A stretch of DNA of 57,977 bases, filler included, from Dugesia japonica (lineage: Eukaryota): the NCBI GenBank assembly GCA_001938525.1. It is 5 parts of 5 records of this genome, joined end to end, with 100 filler letters (N's around TTAATTAATTAA, not from the genome) between each part and the next. Parts side by side here need not be neighbours in the genome. Positions count along the whole stretch, not along the records: positions 1 to 10,595 come from MQRL01571265.1; positions 10,696 to 27,573 come from MQRL01641943.1; 3 more parts are not named here. One strand, written 5' to 3'. Made by a program: the position numbers and the translations under genes. Below are positions 1 to 12,852 of the stretch, piece after piece; the stretch's first letter is position 1, and every line of letters begins with the position of its first letter. The notes under the pieces were generated by a model, which did not search any database, had not been told where the DNA came from, and saw only the letters and a program-made list of their open reading frames with translations.

Positions 1-528
1 TTTTAATTAACTTTAATTAAATAAAAATATTTTTAGTTGGGTTGCAAAAATGATAGTTAATCAAAAACATACCCATTAATTAAAAAAACCGTTAATGAAA
101 TTAAACCCAAATTATTTGTATCGAATAAATAAAATAATGACAATAAACAGTGACGTATTTAGCTCAATTCCTTAAATTTCCAGAGACAACTAAGGAACAT
201 AAGTAAAAAATAAAATTAAACAAAATAATAATACCCAGTNNNNNNNNNNNNNNNNNNNNNNNNNNNNNNNNNNNNNNNNNNNNNNNNNNTTTTAATTAAC
301 TTTAATTAAATAAAAATATTTTTAGTTGGGTTGCAAAAATGATAGTTAATCAAAAACATACCCGTTAATTAAAAAAACCGTTAATGAAATTAAACCCAAA
401 TTATTTGTGTCGAATAAATAAAATAATGACATTAAACAGTGACGTATTTAGCTAAATTCCTTAAATTTCCAGAGACAACTAAGGAACATAAGTAAAAAAT
501 AAAATTAAACAAAATAATAATACCCAGT
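1..528. repeat. Near-identical ~239-bp duplication either side of an N gap (probable assembly/haplotype overlap)
   Basis: 1-239 recurs at 290-528 with a few substitutions, separated only by Ns. Confidence 0.85.
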
Positions 529-1471
529 AAAAACAAATAGTAAGCCTACAAAATAGTCTTACAAAAAAGTAGACCTGGCGCAAATGCATCATAGTTAATT
601 TGGCACTGCTTGTTTGAAAATGTTCGAATTAATAATAATAAATTAGTATATTTACATTAAATTTAGTAATTTATTGTTTGTTAATTAATAATAATAAATT
701 AGTATATTTACATTANNNNNNNNNNNNNNNNNNNNNNNNNNNNNNNNNNNNNNNNNNNNNNNNNNNNNNNNNNNNNNNNNNNNNNNNNNNNNNNNNNNNN
801 NNNNNNNNNNNNNNNNNNNNNNNNNNNNAATTTAGTAATTTATTGTTTGTTAAAACTAAAAACTTGAAAGATAATCTAATAAGCATAATATAATAAACAT
901 GTGTGTATAATAGCATTTATCGTGTTATAGAAAGGAAATTTTTAAATTTAATTGTATTAAGTGTAAACATTAGTCTTTAAAATTTTTAAGAATAATATTA
1001 AACTACAAAATTTGTAATTTTTTAAATTTGACTATTACTGAACTTTCAAATGTTTAAGTAAAATAGTTTTTATCAATAAATATTTGTTTAAATATTCATT
1101 TAAAAGAAGAATATAGTTGCGGGAAAATCTGAAAAAATAAATTTTTAAAAATAAATTGTTATGTAAAGGTNNNNNNNNNNNNNNNNNNNNNNNNNNNNNN
1201 NNNNNNNNNNNNNNNNNNNNNNNNNNNNNNNNNNNNNNNNNNNNNNNNNNNNNNNNNNNNNNNNNNNNNNNNNNNNNNNNNNNNNNNNNNNNNNNNNNNN
1301 NNNNNNNNNNNNNNNNNNNNNNNNNNNNNNNNNNNNNNNNNNNNNNNNNNNNNNNNNNNNNNNNNNNNNNNNNNNNNNNNNNNNNNNNNNNNNNNNNNNN
1401 NNNNNNNNNNNNNNNNNNNNNNNNNNNNNNNNNNNNNNNNNNNNNNNNNNNNNNNNNNNNNNNNNNNNNNN

Positions 1472-1519
<48 letters not shown>

Positions 1520-1570
1520 CATTATTAATATTATTATTATTATTTATTATTATTATTTATTATTATTTAT
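1472..1570. repeat. (TAT)n microsatellite
   Basis: Direct reading; abuts a gap and produces spurious poly-I/poly-L ORFs. Confidence 0.95.
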
Positions 1571-4142
1571 AATTATTTCATAATTTACATTAAATTTAGT
1601 AATTTATTGGTTAAAACTAAAAGTTAAAAAGATAATCTAATGAACGAAAATATAAGTAAAAATCATTATTAATTTATTATTAAATTATTACAATTTTATC
1701 ATTATTAATTATTTTAATATTAAAAATAAAATAATTTATCATCGTTCAGTTTTAATGTAAAATACATACAATTTAAGGAAATAATTAATAATTAAATATG
1801 ACAAAAAGAGCAAAATAAGAACGAGAAAAAAGGAAAATGAAATTCCTAATGAAATATTGAAATATGATATTTGCGTATTACACAAAATTAATTGGCAAAA
1901 TTTTCTATTTTTTTAAAAATATTTTTATTGGAAAATTTAAATGAATATTCAAAGAAAGGATTTTCGTTAAAATAACTTGTTTGATTTTGTTTTTCTAAAA
2001 GGAAACGGTCTAGCAATGTTTATAATAATGACCTTTATTTTATTTAACAATTACCTTTATTGTAATATTCAAATTTGCTGATAAAAAATTATCGTTCTTC
2101 AAGAGGACTCTGACGAAATATTGAACAAATTAGTAAATGAGAATTTTCATATTTGTATTGTAAAATTTATATTTTATAAATCGATAAACAAAAGAAACTC
2201 GATGTACGAAAGCCCTTTCGATTCTGTCAGAAATATTAAAAATATCAGAAATACGTAAAATAATAATCAAATACGTACCTATTAATCTACTCACGGACTC
2301 CTTTGAGAAACACTGGTCTAGACCAAGAAATTTGTTATGATAAACTTTGTTTTAAATAGATTTTGTTTATTGGGTTATAAATACGTTTTAATTATTAATA
2401 ATGATTTCTATCTTATTTGGAGTTTGGCGGTAGTGGTATATTTTTATAAAAAAGCAGACATCTCTGAACACAATTGGTGTTCTTTATTAATTACGAAAGT
2501 ATTCTCAAAGTATATGAAGAGGTGCTAAGAACTATTGAATGTATCATTTAAAGCTATGTAGTCAGTCACATGGTAATCCATATTATCAGCCTTGTTTTCA
2601 TTTAAATAATTAACTACATTACTTTATCAATCTGTTTCTTACATAAAAATATGCCAATGGACACAGATTGCAATTGATTCAAGAAAAGAGGAACCCAAAT
2701 ACAATAGATTTGAAATAAAAAACATTTTTCTGTATTTGTAAATGTTTAATCCCTTCATTTTCTTGTCATTTATCTCAAAAGTACTAAACTTAAAAACTTG
2801 ACTCAGAAGCTTATCAATTTCAATATAAAAAATATGAAGAAAAAATGCTTCAAAAGCTGATAGAAATCGAAGAATGGCTTATCTCTTGTTATAAGAGGAA
2901 GTGGAATAATAAAAAAAGATGCAGAAAAAGTGCTTTGTTGATACTTTCAACATAAACAAATCTATCTCAAAAATGATCATGAAGCTTGGAACAGTTAGAC
3001 AAGAATCAAAAAAGAGATTTGCTACGTTCAAGTTACAGGTAAGGAATTTAGTTAACTTTATACTCAATTAAGTAATGACAAAGTCGTAAATGATTTGCTG
3101 ACAAAGAAGATCAGGAATAAAAATTAATGATAATAAAGCGTGGACTGAGAATCTCCAAGGTTAACGAGTGGGTGTTAGTTCCTGTAGATTGATACAAATG
3201 AAAGAAGAATGACTTCCAATATGAAGAGCCGCAATCAAATAATGAAGTTTAAATCGGATCGGCAAGTAGAAATCAATTTTCCTTACAGTTCAAAGTACAG
3301 AAAAATAGAATGGATAAAGAATTGAAAAGCATTTTGAAGAAGAAGAGTTACAGTAATTAATATTTTTTTAAATATTATCATAAAGCGTTATTTTAATTTT
3401 AAAATATTGGAATTTAATGAAGTCACATTGTGAAATTAACGTAACTTTATCTACTAATAAATGTCAGTAAAATATTCTATAGATTTTGTGAAATTATATC
3501 AATATAAATAATAGAAATCTGAAAAATAGAGTATGCTAATAAATTGTATTATTACACAAAAACCATTGGTTCAATTTATATAAATTTCTATATGAACATT
3601 CAAATAAATTACATAATTTCCACTCCAAAAAACGTAATTCTGGAACATCACTGGTTAGATTTCTGCGAATTCAATTGAATTAAATGTTTACCGGACAATT
3701 GCAGCACAAATNNNNNNNNNNNNNNNNNNNNNNNNNNNNNNNNNNNNNNNNNNNNNNNNNNNNNNTATTGTATTTTATTGATTTATGAAATTTGTAGAAT
3801 AACTATATTAATCGTCTTAATTTGATTGTTATACGATGCAAATGATCTACAAAAAAATTATTTGAAGTAATTACTTTGTAGAAAATAAATCTATTTTTAC
3901 TTTTTTCATAAATAAATTTAATAAGAATTTTTTTGCTGTTATTTTCTGTTGATTTTCAAATTTAATTTTCCTTATAANAAATATCTTGATAATATAGTTT
4001 TCATAGACTCAGTTTTCATACTAATTTTTACGGGAGTTTTTTCTTATTTGTTGTTTATTAATTTGTAATTTTATTTTATGATTTTAATATTTTATTTGTT
4101 TTATAATAATTTCTAATATGCAATTTGTAATTATTGATTTTA

Positions 4143-4421
4143 TTAAATTTGTACATTAATTCTTGTATTATAAAATCTAATCATTAACGCCTCTTACAAC
4201 TCTCTTTCCCAATAAATTTTAAATTGTTTAGACAAAATTTTAAAATTTGAAATTTCATCATTCACATTACAATTACTTTTATTTTTATGCTCGGCAATAT
4301 TACTACCACCACCAAAACGATTGTACTCTCGAATCCTTGTACAGAGATGACGGGTAGTTTCTCCTATGTATGTGACATCCCACCCATTACATTTAAATTG
4401 ATTAACAAGATTAGAACACAA
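4143..4421 (-). mobile_element. Penelope-like retroelement GIY-YIG endonuclease fragment (decayed)
   Basis: SNLVNQFKCNGWDVTYIGETTRHLCTRIREY...SNIAEH...NFKILS...REL*EALMIRFYNTRINVQ matches the PLE GIY-YIG pattern (C..C..YIGET.R.L..R..EH...E.L.I....P.LN); contains an internal stop. Confidence 0.85.
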
Positions 4422-5260
4422 ACCAATTCAATAAAGGAAGATCATTAGAAGCTTTCAGAATCGAATTCATAAACTTTTTAAAACATACAGAATTTGGAAT
4501 CGATAGAACAAATAGCCCAACACAGTTTGACAAAGTGTTATCAGGTTCAGAATTATTCAATACAGTTTCAATTTTTTTATCGAAATCAATATTATTAAAA
4601 ACCAATATTTTGTCAATTGTCAGCAAAGTCAATGAATTTAATTTAATTTCTTATTTTTCATAGGTTTTTAAAAGTTTTGTATTTTATATTTTCAAAATAA
4701 TTTTTCAATTTTTTTATTTTTTTTATAGGTTTTTATAGGTTTTAAAATAGTAATTATAAAAATCAATATTATGATAGAAAAATTTTATTGAAAGATAAAT
4801 TCATTTTTTATTGGAAAAATTTTTAAAATTGAAAAAAATTAAGAATTATGATTATAGTTGTCTTATATTCAGTAAAATTGGTTGAATCTTTATTTTTAAT
4901 ATAGACTGAATAATCTCATTTTTTCATTTTTGTATGATGATGACGGTTGATCCGTNNNNNNNNNNNNNNNNNNNNNNNNNNNNNNNNNNNNNNNNNNNNN
5001 NNNNNTTTTGTATTTTATATTTTCAAAATAATTTTTCAATTTTTTTATTTTTTTTATAGGTTTTTATAGGTTTTAAAATCGTAATTATAAAAATCAATAT
5101 TATTATAGATAAATTTTATTGAAAGATAAATTCATTTTTTATTGGAAAAATTTTTAAAATTGATAAAAATTAAGAATTATGATTATAGTTATCTTATATT
5201 CAGTAAAATTGTTTGAATCTTTATTTTTAATATAGACTGAATAATCTCATTTTTTCATTT

Positions 5261-5301
5261 TTGTATGATGATGACGGTTGATCCGTCGAAATATATAACA
5301 A
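5261..5301 (+). ncRNA. Degenerate minimal hammerhead ribozyme motif (PLE-type)
   Basis: TTGT-ATGATGA-T-GACGG-TTGAT-CCGTC-GAA-ATAT-A-TAACAA: 5-bp helix II, palindromic ATAT helix III, C3 of the core lost; a partial second copy at ~4931-4955 is cut by a gap. Confidence 0.5.
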
Positions 5302-6046
5302 TAAAATTGTATTTTAAATGGCGTTACTTATTCTTATCAAACAATCGAAAATAAGTTATTATAATTTTACTCACCAAATTATTTTTTATGTTTTCTAACT
5401 TTAACATTACGACTAAGCTTAAATTCGTACAGTAACCTTTCAATGACTGTAAAGAATGGAAACAGTCAATATTTTTACAATAAACTTGATAGTTGAATTC
5501 CGGCCCTTAATTGGTTAAATTTATCGTCTGTCATAAACTAATTCGAGCACTCTGTATGGTTCTTTATATTTGTTTTGAAAATTGTTTCTTGTTTCTTTTT
5601 TTGAAAAAACACGTCTTCTATCCTCTTTGAATTTCCTCATTGTTTATTCTTTCGATTTGTTTTTTTAGCTGTATGTCATCTTTTCTCGCAAATCCTTTTT
5701 CCAAAAATTACCTCTGTTGGACTACTCTTTGTTGACTTCAAAAAGTTGGTATGCGACCAATAGAATTTCGGTAGTTTAAAATGTGTGAAAACAATTTTGA
5801 TAATTTATTTGTTCTTAAAATTTTTATGTATCTCTGTAATCGTGTGGTACATATCCACAAATTAGTTTTTAAGTAAGCTCATAAAGTCATTGTAAAATTT
5901 TGAAAAAACCTGTCAAAGAAAAAATTGTAACTTATTATATTATTAAAGTTAAGAAAGGAAACTGCTTATAAATTTTTGAAAATTCAAGTAAATATTAAAA
6001 TTCATTGAGAAAATTTGAGTTCTTTTTGCAACATGAGCCAATAGAT

Positions 6047-7304
6047 CAGGGGTAGGCAAATTTTTATGAGAAGGGCCAAAATTTAGGTTGAGAATGTGAA
6101 ATTGGCGGCAGTAACTGATGAAAAAATTATATTAAAAAAACTTCAAACTAATAGTTTGTTAATGTGATTTATGAAAATGATTGCATGATTTTTTCAAATA
6201 ATTATAATCAGGTACTAGATTGCTAGTTGAAATGCGTAAAATTGATTTTAAATTAGAATCGGTTATGAGTGACTTATTTTTTGAATTATTAATATTCATG
6301 CTTGANAATGTTTTTCCACAAATGTAAGTTGACCCAAAAAATCAAAATATACTTGATACAAAATTACGCAAATTTGGAAACTTTACCGAATCTAGTTAAG
6401 AATAGAATTCAATTAGACTGGCTTCTTTAAAACTCTCTCTAATCGAATTGTCACTTTGAAGATCAATAATTTCTATTTGAAGACATTCATCAACGGTTTC
6501 AACAGCAACTGAAAAAGGTCCCCAGCGATAACTTCAACTCAGCGCACTACTGTTCTTCTCGAAAATGAAATATTTTTAAATTTATTTTTTTTATCTGGTC
6601 AAATAATATCAACAGTCTCAATCATACATTCTTTTATAAATTCACCGTTAGAAAATGCCTTGTTATGTTTTGCTATTTTATGTGAAATTAAAAAACTAGC
6701 CTTAGTTACTAAATTTTGAATAGACATCAAACCATTAAATGTATTTTGTTCTTGTTGAAAATTTTTATAGAGTCTCTTAGACTGTTCTTTTGCATCATTT
6801 TCTGTTATATTAGAATACTTTTCCGAATGGATTGTTTGAAAATGCCTTTTTATATTATATTCTTTAAAAACTGCCACTGACTAACGGCATATTAAATAAA
6901 CAGCTTTATTTCAAGTTGAGGTATAAAAATACTTCTGTGTCCATTCGGGATTAAAACTACGACATTCGTTTTCGATTTTTCTTTTTTTAAAATCCATGCG
7001 TTTAAAATAAAAAGTTATTATTAAAACAAACGATATTAGAAAAATTAATTTAATATACTTTATTATTTGTGACATCAAAATTTATTCTTATTTATTTGAT
7101 TTGAAATTGGAAAAATAAGTATATTATTTGAAATAAAAAAGAAATTAAATGAGAAATTTGCAGTGATATGAGATAAAAGTGTTGTATCATGTAATTATTT
7201 TTTTTAAAAAAAAGCTATTAAATAAAAAATAATTTATTTTAGAATGTGAAAGTCATAACAGGCCGCATAAATGGTTTTGGCGGGCAGTTGTTTGCCCACC
7301 TCTG
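6047..7304 (-). mobile_element. Internally deleted hAT DNA transposon (SPIN/Buster/GTF2IRD2-like transposase N-terminus)
   Basis: TIRs CAGGGGTAGGCAAA (6047) and TTTGCCCACCTCTG (ends 7304); 8-bp flanks CAATAGAT/CTAAAGAT (6/8 match); decayed ORF from ATG 6997: MDFKKRKIENECRSFNPEWTQKYF...LICR*SVAVFKEYNIKRHFQTIH...KASFLISHKIAKHNKAFSNGEFIKECM. Confidence 0.9.
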
Positions 7305-7522
7305 CTAAAGATTATCATCAGAATTATCTCAACTCCAAAAATTACAGTTAATATTTATTATTACGAAGTTTTGTATGATAACAATAATAATTATTATAAT
7401 AATCAGAAAGAGAAATTTTCTAATTTTTTTAATCTGATTTTCTCCCACATCTCGAAACATCATCTATGTTTAATATCAAACCTTTGATCAAAATTTAGGT
7501 TTTAATTATTGATATTGGATAA

Positions 7523-7559
7523 CAATTCGAATTTTCGACTTAGTCTTCGTTAGGAATTG
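7523..7559 (-). ncRNA. Minimal hammerhead ribozyme motif with a G5->A core mutation
   Basis: Minus strand CAATTC-CTAACGA-A-GAC-TAA-GTC-GAA-AATT-C-GAATTG; shares its flank (AGGTTTTAATTATTGATATTGGATAACAA) with the 26795 copy. Confidence 0.7.
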
Positions 7560-7750
7560 ACTCAATTCTTAACGAAACGCTAAGTCAAATACTCGAANNN
7601 NNNNNNNNNNNNNNNNNNNNNNNNNNNNNNNNNNNNNNNNNNNNNNNNNNNNNNNNNNNNNNNNNNNNNNNNNNNNNNNNNNNNNNNNNNNNNNNNNNNN
7701 NNNNNNNNNNNNNNNNNNNNNNNNNNNNNNNNNNNNNNNNNNNNNNNNNN

Positions 7751-7790
<40 letters not shown>

Positions 7791-7974
7791 TTAATAATAA
7801 TAATAAAAATAATAAAAATAATAAATAAAAAGCACCGATCAAAATAAAATGTATTTGTAAAAAAGTTCAAATACATTTTATTTTGATAGAAGCTTTTTCT
7901 TTATTTAAATGAAATCTCAAAAACGATCAATGGTTAAGTCGAACAATTATTCTCACAAGAATTGTAATTATAAA

Positions 7975-8033
<59 letters not shown>

Positions 8034-8083
8034 NNNNNNNNNNNNNNNNNNNNNNNNNNNNNNNNNNNNNNNNNNNNNNNNNN

Positions 8084-8138
<55 letters not shown>

Positions 8139-8150
8139 GTAATAATAGTA
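7751..8150. repeat. (AAT)n microsatellites surrounding a PLE-associated repeat and a 20-bp perfect hairpin (7838-7887)
   Basis: Direct reading; arms ATCAAAATAAAATGTATTTG and CAAATACATTTTATTTTGAT with a 10-nt loop. Confidence 0.85.
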
Positions 8151-9199
8151 AAAATAATAATAAATAATATTTATAATAATAAAAATTTTTAATTATTTAT
8201 TTATAATAATATTTTACCAGCTTGATATCAAATTATATTTTTATGCTAGATTTTAGACATGTCGCCAATCGAGATACATAATCCTTTAAATTGACGTCAA
8301 TAAATCAAAAATGATGCTTTGAAATTTATCCTAATGTACCAGTTTTTCAAAAAGAATTATAGAAAAAACAATTAACTCTAACAATTCTTTCAATTCAATT
8401 GATTAACATAGAAATTAGTCTTAAAAATGGATTTAGTATTTTCTCTTTATATTTTTTAATCATTTAAATAATTTGTACTGAGAATAATTAGAAACCTCAC
8501 AAGCCCCTAATCAAAATATTCATCTAATTTTATGAAGGTTTTTAATTTATTGGTTAATTATGTCATATTATTACTGCTAAATAGTGTTTCCAATCCAAAG
8601 AATCCCGGACTTTTCCAGAATAGTAATACCGGTGCTGAGAATAGTCGGAATACCAGAATTATCGGTACTTTTAAATCATTTCATTAAAAATTAAATTAAC
8701 ATGAAAGTTTTTGGCCATTTAATGGGCTGTTTAAATTACATTAAAAAGTCAATCTAAAATTAAATTGTAAAAAACTCAAGACAAATTCAGAAAAACGTAG
8801 ATTTTTTGCCAAATAATTTTTCTTTTTTATTTCAATTTTCATTTCATTATAGAAACTCTGCTCGGCTTGTGTATTTAGTCAATTATTTTATTATTAAATT
8901 CATAAATATGACCCAGAGTGATTTATAAACTAAAATCAATAAATTTCTATATTACGGTGTTCGCCAGTCTAAATTACCTTATTACTAGCCCTATATAAAC
9001 AAATAATTTGTACAATTGGTGATGCTCTTTTATAAAATCTTTTTGCGAATACATTATTATTCTACCAACAAAATCAAAAATAAAAATGAATCTGTCAGAT
9101 TTCCCCGGATTCCATGATGGCATTTCATTTTAAAATTCGGAATCCTTTTATTAATTTGAATAATGTAAGAAAGACTAACAAGTTTATTTGATGAAACAT

Positions 9200-10370
9200 A
9201 CGATTCCAGTATAATACTAATTAATTTTGGTTAACATAATTTTTGCTTAACATCCAATGACAAGGTATTGCAACGGTTCATGCACAATAGCTTATTTTAT
9301 CATATAATCTTATACAATGAGAAAAAATGTAGTTAACATTATTGGCGGTGGTGACAATGCTCTTGAATGTGCATTTTCTGTTGTGAAGTATACACCATTT
9401 TTAAGGTGCACGACCAGATGAACAACCATATAAAAATGTGTGCATATGGCAAATCTCTTTTTCCATTTAATAGAATACATTTAACAGCCTGTCTTTCTAA
9501 AAATATGATGCTTGACAATAAAATCTATTAAAACCCTCAATTTTGTTTGAAATCTGGCGCGGAATTATCATGAAAATTTGATGATGATTGTCTAATTAAT
9601 AAAAGTTCTTGTATTTAATCCCCCCTAAAATTGCATGTGAGGCAATAAAACAGTCTTAGCGAACATATGGCATTGTATCTTGTGTGTATTCATGCATATG
9701 CCGTGGACTCTCTGTCAATGTGGCCGGTAGTATGACCATTTTTACCAATTCATTGAGATTTAAATTCCCATCATTAACAACTGCATNNNNNNNNNNNNNN
9801 NNNNNNNNNNNNNNNNNNNNNNNNNNNNNNNNNNNNNNNNNNNNNNNNNNNNNNNNNNNNNNNNNNNNNNNNNNNNNNNNNNNNNNNNNNNNNNNNNNNN
9901 NNNNNNNNNNACATAATTTTCAGCGTTTCTACGAATCATCAATCTTTATGAATAGTAATTCATGTCACTGACTTTATTTTACGTTTCTTCATTTCTTTAT
10001 AGATTTATCATTAAATTTATAATGTTGAAATGATATTTATTTTCTCCTTGCCAAAATAGAATCGGATATTACAATCCGTCATGTTAACCATGTGTTTCTG
10101 AGACTCGCTGAACAAAACCATTTTTGCTAAAAATAATTATATCATGCGAGTTAAATTATTTGCTAATTATAACGATTGCCACTTCTTCAATTGTCGTTGC
10201 ATTGTATTGTCTTTCTTGTTGATGACATTTGTTTTGTCTTCTCTAAGTACAACTTTGTAGTCATCAGTTGGCATTTGTTCAAGGGTAGTTCTGAAAAATC
10301 AAATTAATTATTTGTGTTGATCAAATAAAGTTTGTAATGCAACGACAATTTCTTGTATAGTGCATATTAG
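9200..10370 (-). mobile_element. Helitron Rep/helicase gene fragments (decayed, internally deleted)
   Basis: Minus-strand peptides TTLEQMPTDDYKVVLREDKT...QYNATTIEEVAIVI; AVVNDGNLNLNELVKMVILPATLTESPRHMHEYTQDTMPYVR; VVHLVVHL...VYFTTENAHSRALSPPP, typical of animal Helitron RepHel. Confidence 0.88.
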
Positions 10371-10595
10371 GTATTTTTAAAAAGTGTAAAATTTTTAATG
10401 GTTTTTAAATGTAAAATTGCAAATTATAAAATTGAAATTTTAAATATTAATTTNGAAATTAGTAGTCTAAATTTTTAAAATTTATTATATGAATTTTAGA
10501 TATAAATACGTAATGTAAAACTTTTATTCAAATTTATAATTGGAAGTTTCTATAATTCAGATATAAAATTTAATTGAAAATTTGGAAAATTATTA

Positions 10596-10695
10596 NNNNN
10601 NNNNNNNNNNNNNNNNNNNNNNNNNNNNNNNNNNNNNNNTTAATTAATTAANNNNNNNNNNNNNNNNNNNNNNNNNNNNNNNNNNNNNNNNNNNN
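10596..10695. other. Artificial scaffold linker N44-TTAATTAATTAA-N44
   Basis: Exactly 100 bp with stops in all six frames; the same linker occurs four times. Confidence 0.95.
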
Positions 10696-10994
10696 CCATC
10701 GTTATTCTCCAGATATAGCCCCGCCAGATTTTCATTTATTTCGTTCCATGCAGCACAGTCTTTCGGATACACGATTCGGAAATATTGAAGAGGCACGAAA
10801 ATTCATCGACAACTTCATTCAATTCAAGAACAAAGACTTTTTTCCATAAGGGTATTCATATTTTACCTGGCAGATGGGGAAAAGTAGTGAATAACGATGG
10901 TAAATATTTTGATTGAATGTACTGTGTTATTTGTAATAATATTAATAGAAATTATTCCTCTTAAAACTATGTGAACTTATGCATAATCCTAATA
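10696..10994 (+). mobile_element. Mariner transposon 3' end (transposase C-terminus plus right TIR)
   Basis: YSPDIAPPDFHLFRSMQHSL...(frameshift)KGIHILPGRWGKVVNNDGKYFD* (stop 10914-10916), then TIR-like AAACTATGTGAACTTATGCATAATCCTAATA. Confidence 0.92.
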
Positions 10995-10999
10995 GAATA

Positions 11000-11760
11000 A
11001 TTATCAAAAACAATAAATCAGTTCTATCTGTCGAAGTATTCCTTGTAGGTGACACTATTATTGATCTTAATCTAGAGATACTTTCTTCGGTTGTTGTTGG
11101 GAAGGAGGAAATTTCCGTGGATAAATCTCCCTCACTCATTGCGGCATTCCGCTGTTCTTGTGATTGGTCGGCTTCCACTGATGCGTACAATATTGCTCAG
11201 AACCCTGTTTTGGAATCTTCCAAATTTGCAGCTTAATCGACTCTCAACTCATTATCGGGAACCACTAATTCCGTGCATAAGCTTAGCCAAACAAATTCAT
11301 CTGTGAACCCTACTGCTTCAAACAATGTTATCACTAGCACTGAGGTTCTAGAAGAATTAAGGCAGCCACAAAACCGATTGGAAATACTGCTGCTCATATC
11401 GCTACTCTCACCAATGCTATCAAAGTTTCGAGCGGCATCGACTTCTCTGATGCAATTAAGAATCAAAAGGAAGATTTGTCTCCTGCGAAATGACAGTTAC
11501 CCCCATAATGGCCTAATCTCATGCATATGTGGATAAAACATTCTTTCTTGGTTAATTCAGAGATGAACAGCGTCAGGAGATGTCACAAGAGGATATTTTG
11601 TTTGCCATTATCGCATTTTCTGCACCATTTAAGAATGTCTGATCNCATTCTTGGTCAAATATATTTCTCAGAAACCAGCGTTCTTCTTGTTGTTTTTATT
11701 GATTTTACTCCAGCTCGCGAGCCATCATGAATTCACGTTGAAAATTGGTTCTTTCTTTTC
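11000..11760. mobile_element. Scrambled Gypsy-like LTR retrotransposon remnants
   Basis: Minus strand ~11590-11740 reads HDGSRAGVK...SEKYI*PRMxSDILKWCRKCD (integrase H2C2-like); plus strand has GC-richer decayed gag/pol-like peptides. Confidence 0.5.
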
Positions 11761-11789
11761 TTTCATTTATTTTTCTTTAAAGGAATAAC

Positions 11790-12300
11790 TGAGTTCGGGG
11801 GCAAACTGTGCAGCGAAGAATTGGGCATGAACAAAATCACAACAATTGTAACCATAATTACATGCGAGAAATCTTAGAAACGCGAAATATCAAAACAGAA
11901 AATCGAAGATAAAAGAAGAAAGTTTGATCGTCGAAATTGATGAAAGCCTGTTCAAAAATCGCAAGAATCAAGCCGATTGAGTATTTCCTCTGCAGTGAAC
12001 TAAGCAGGGAGACGAGCAAGTGTTTTTTGTAGTCAAAATGCTGACATATTGAAATCGGTTCGGTTAGAAACTGTGATAATTCGAGTTCATACAAGACCAG
12101 GGTTTCGACATTTTAAAGTGAATCACTAATATAGAATTTCGTCGATCCAAACACAAACTGGTGTTCCCACTTTCAAAAAATCAAGAGAATTTGGGGATAA
12201 TCAGCTAATTTGCACAAAAAACGATACAACAGAACAACATTTGCCGAATTTATTTGGAGACAGTAACATGTGTCGAAACATGACGCATTCAAAATAATTA
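11790..12300 (+). mobile_element. Merlin (ISXO2/IS1595-like DDE) transposase fragment
   Basis: LIVEIDESLFKNRKNQA; GFRHFKVNH...EFVDPNT...; AEFIWRQ motifs, with frameshifts. Confidence 0.82.
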
Positions 12301-12520
12301 TTATAGCGTCCCTCGTGCTATTTATAATTATATCCATTTTACTGTGAATGGTTATAATTAATTTATATAATAATAATTTCTGCCTGAAGTATAGAAATCA
12401 AAACAACTATTGATAATTTTTGATTTTATATTTTTCTAAATAAATCAAAGTTAAATTAAGAAATTTTACAAATAATTTATGTAGAATTAAAAGAAAAACT
12501 AATAAATTAAAATGATTTAC

Positions 12521-12852
12521 TTGTTTTCACCATTAGTAGTCTCAGTCTTAAACAATGGACAATAGCCTTGAGAATAAAGTCGTTGTTGTCGATTTAAATT
12601 TTTTATTGTTATTTTAATAGTCCGATTTGGTGAATATCCTTTGACAGAAAAGTAAAACCAAGTTCGATTACCATTTTCAAATTCAGTACCATAACAATCA
12701 GGTTTTGTCCAAACATTAAATTCATAATCAGGTTTATTTGAATCTGACTGATTAAATGAATGGTCTTCATTAGAAATAATACGTTCAACGTTTAATAAAT
12801 TTCCAGAATCAAAATTTGATGAAAAAACCAAATTTCCATACTTAAATTCCAT
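12521..12852 (-). CDS. AGBL5: Cytosolic carboxypeptidase 5 (tubulin deglutamylase), first coding exon
   Basis: MEFKYGNLVFSSNFDSGNL...PDYEFNVWTKPDC...EFENGNRTWFYFSV...LYSQG closely follows the AGBL5 N-terminus (FSSRFDSGNL, PDYEFNVWTRPDC, ENGNRSWFYF); ends at a GTAAAT donor (phase 2); later exons not found in this scaffold. Confidence 0.92.

Noticed and set aside
1145-1572. Poly-Ile/poly-Leu and X-rich ORFs (also 7580-7876 and other gap-spanning ORFs)
   Set aside because: Artefacts of (TAT)n microsatellites and N runs
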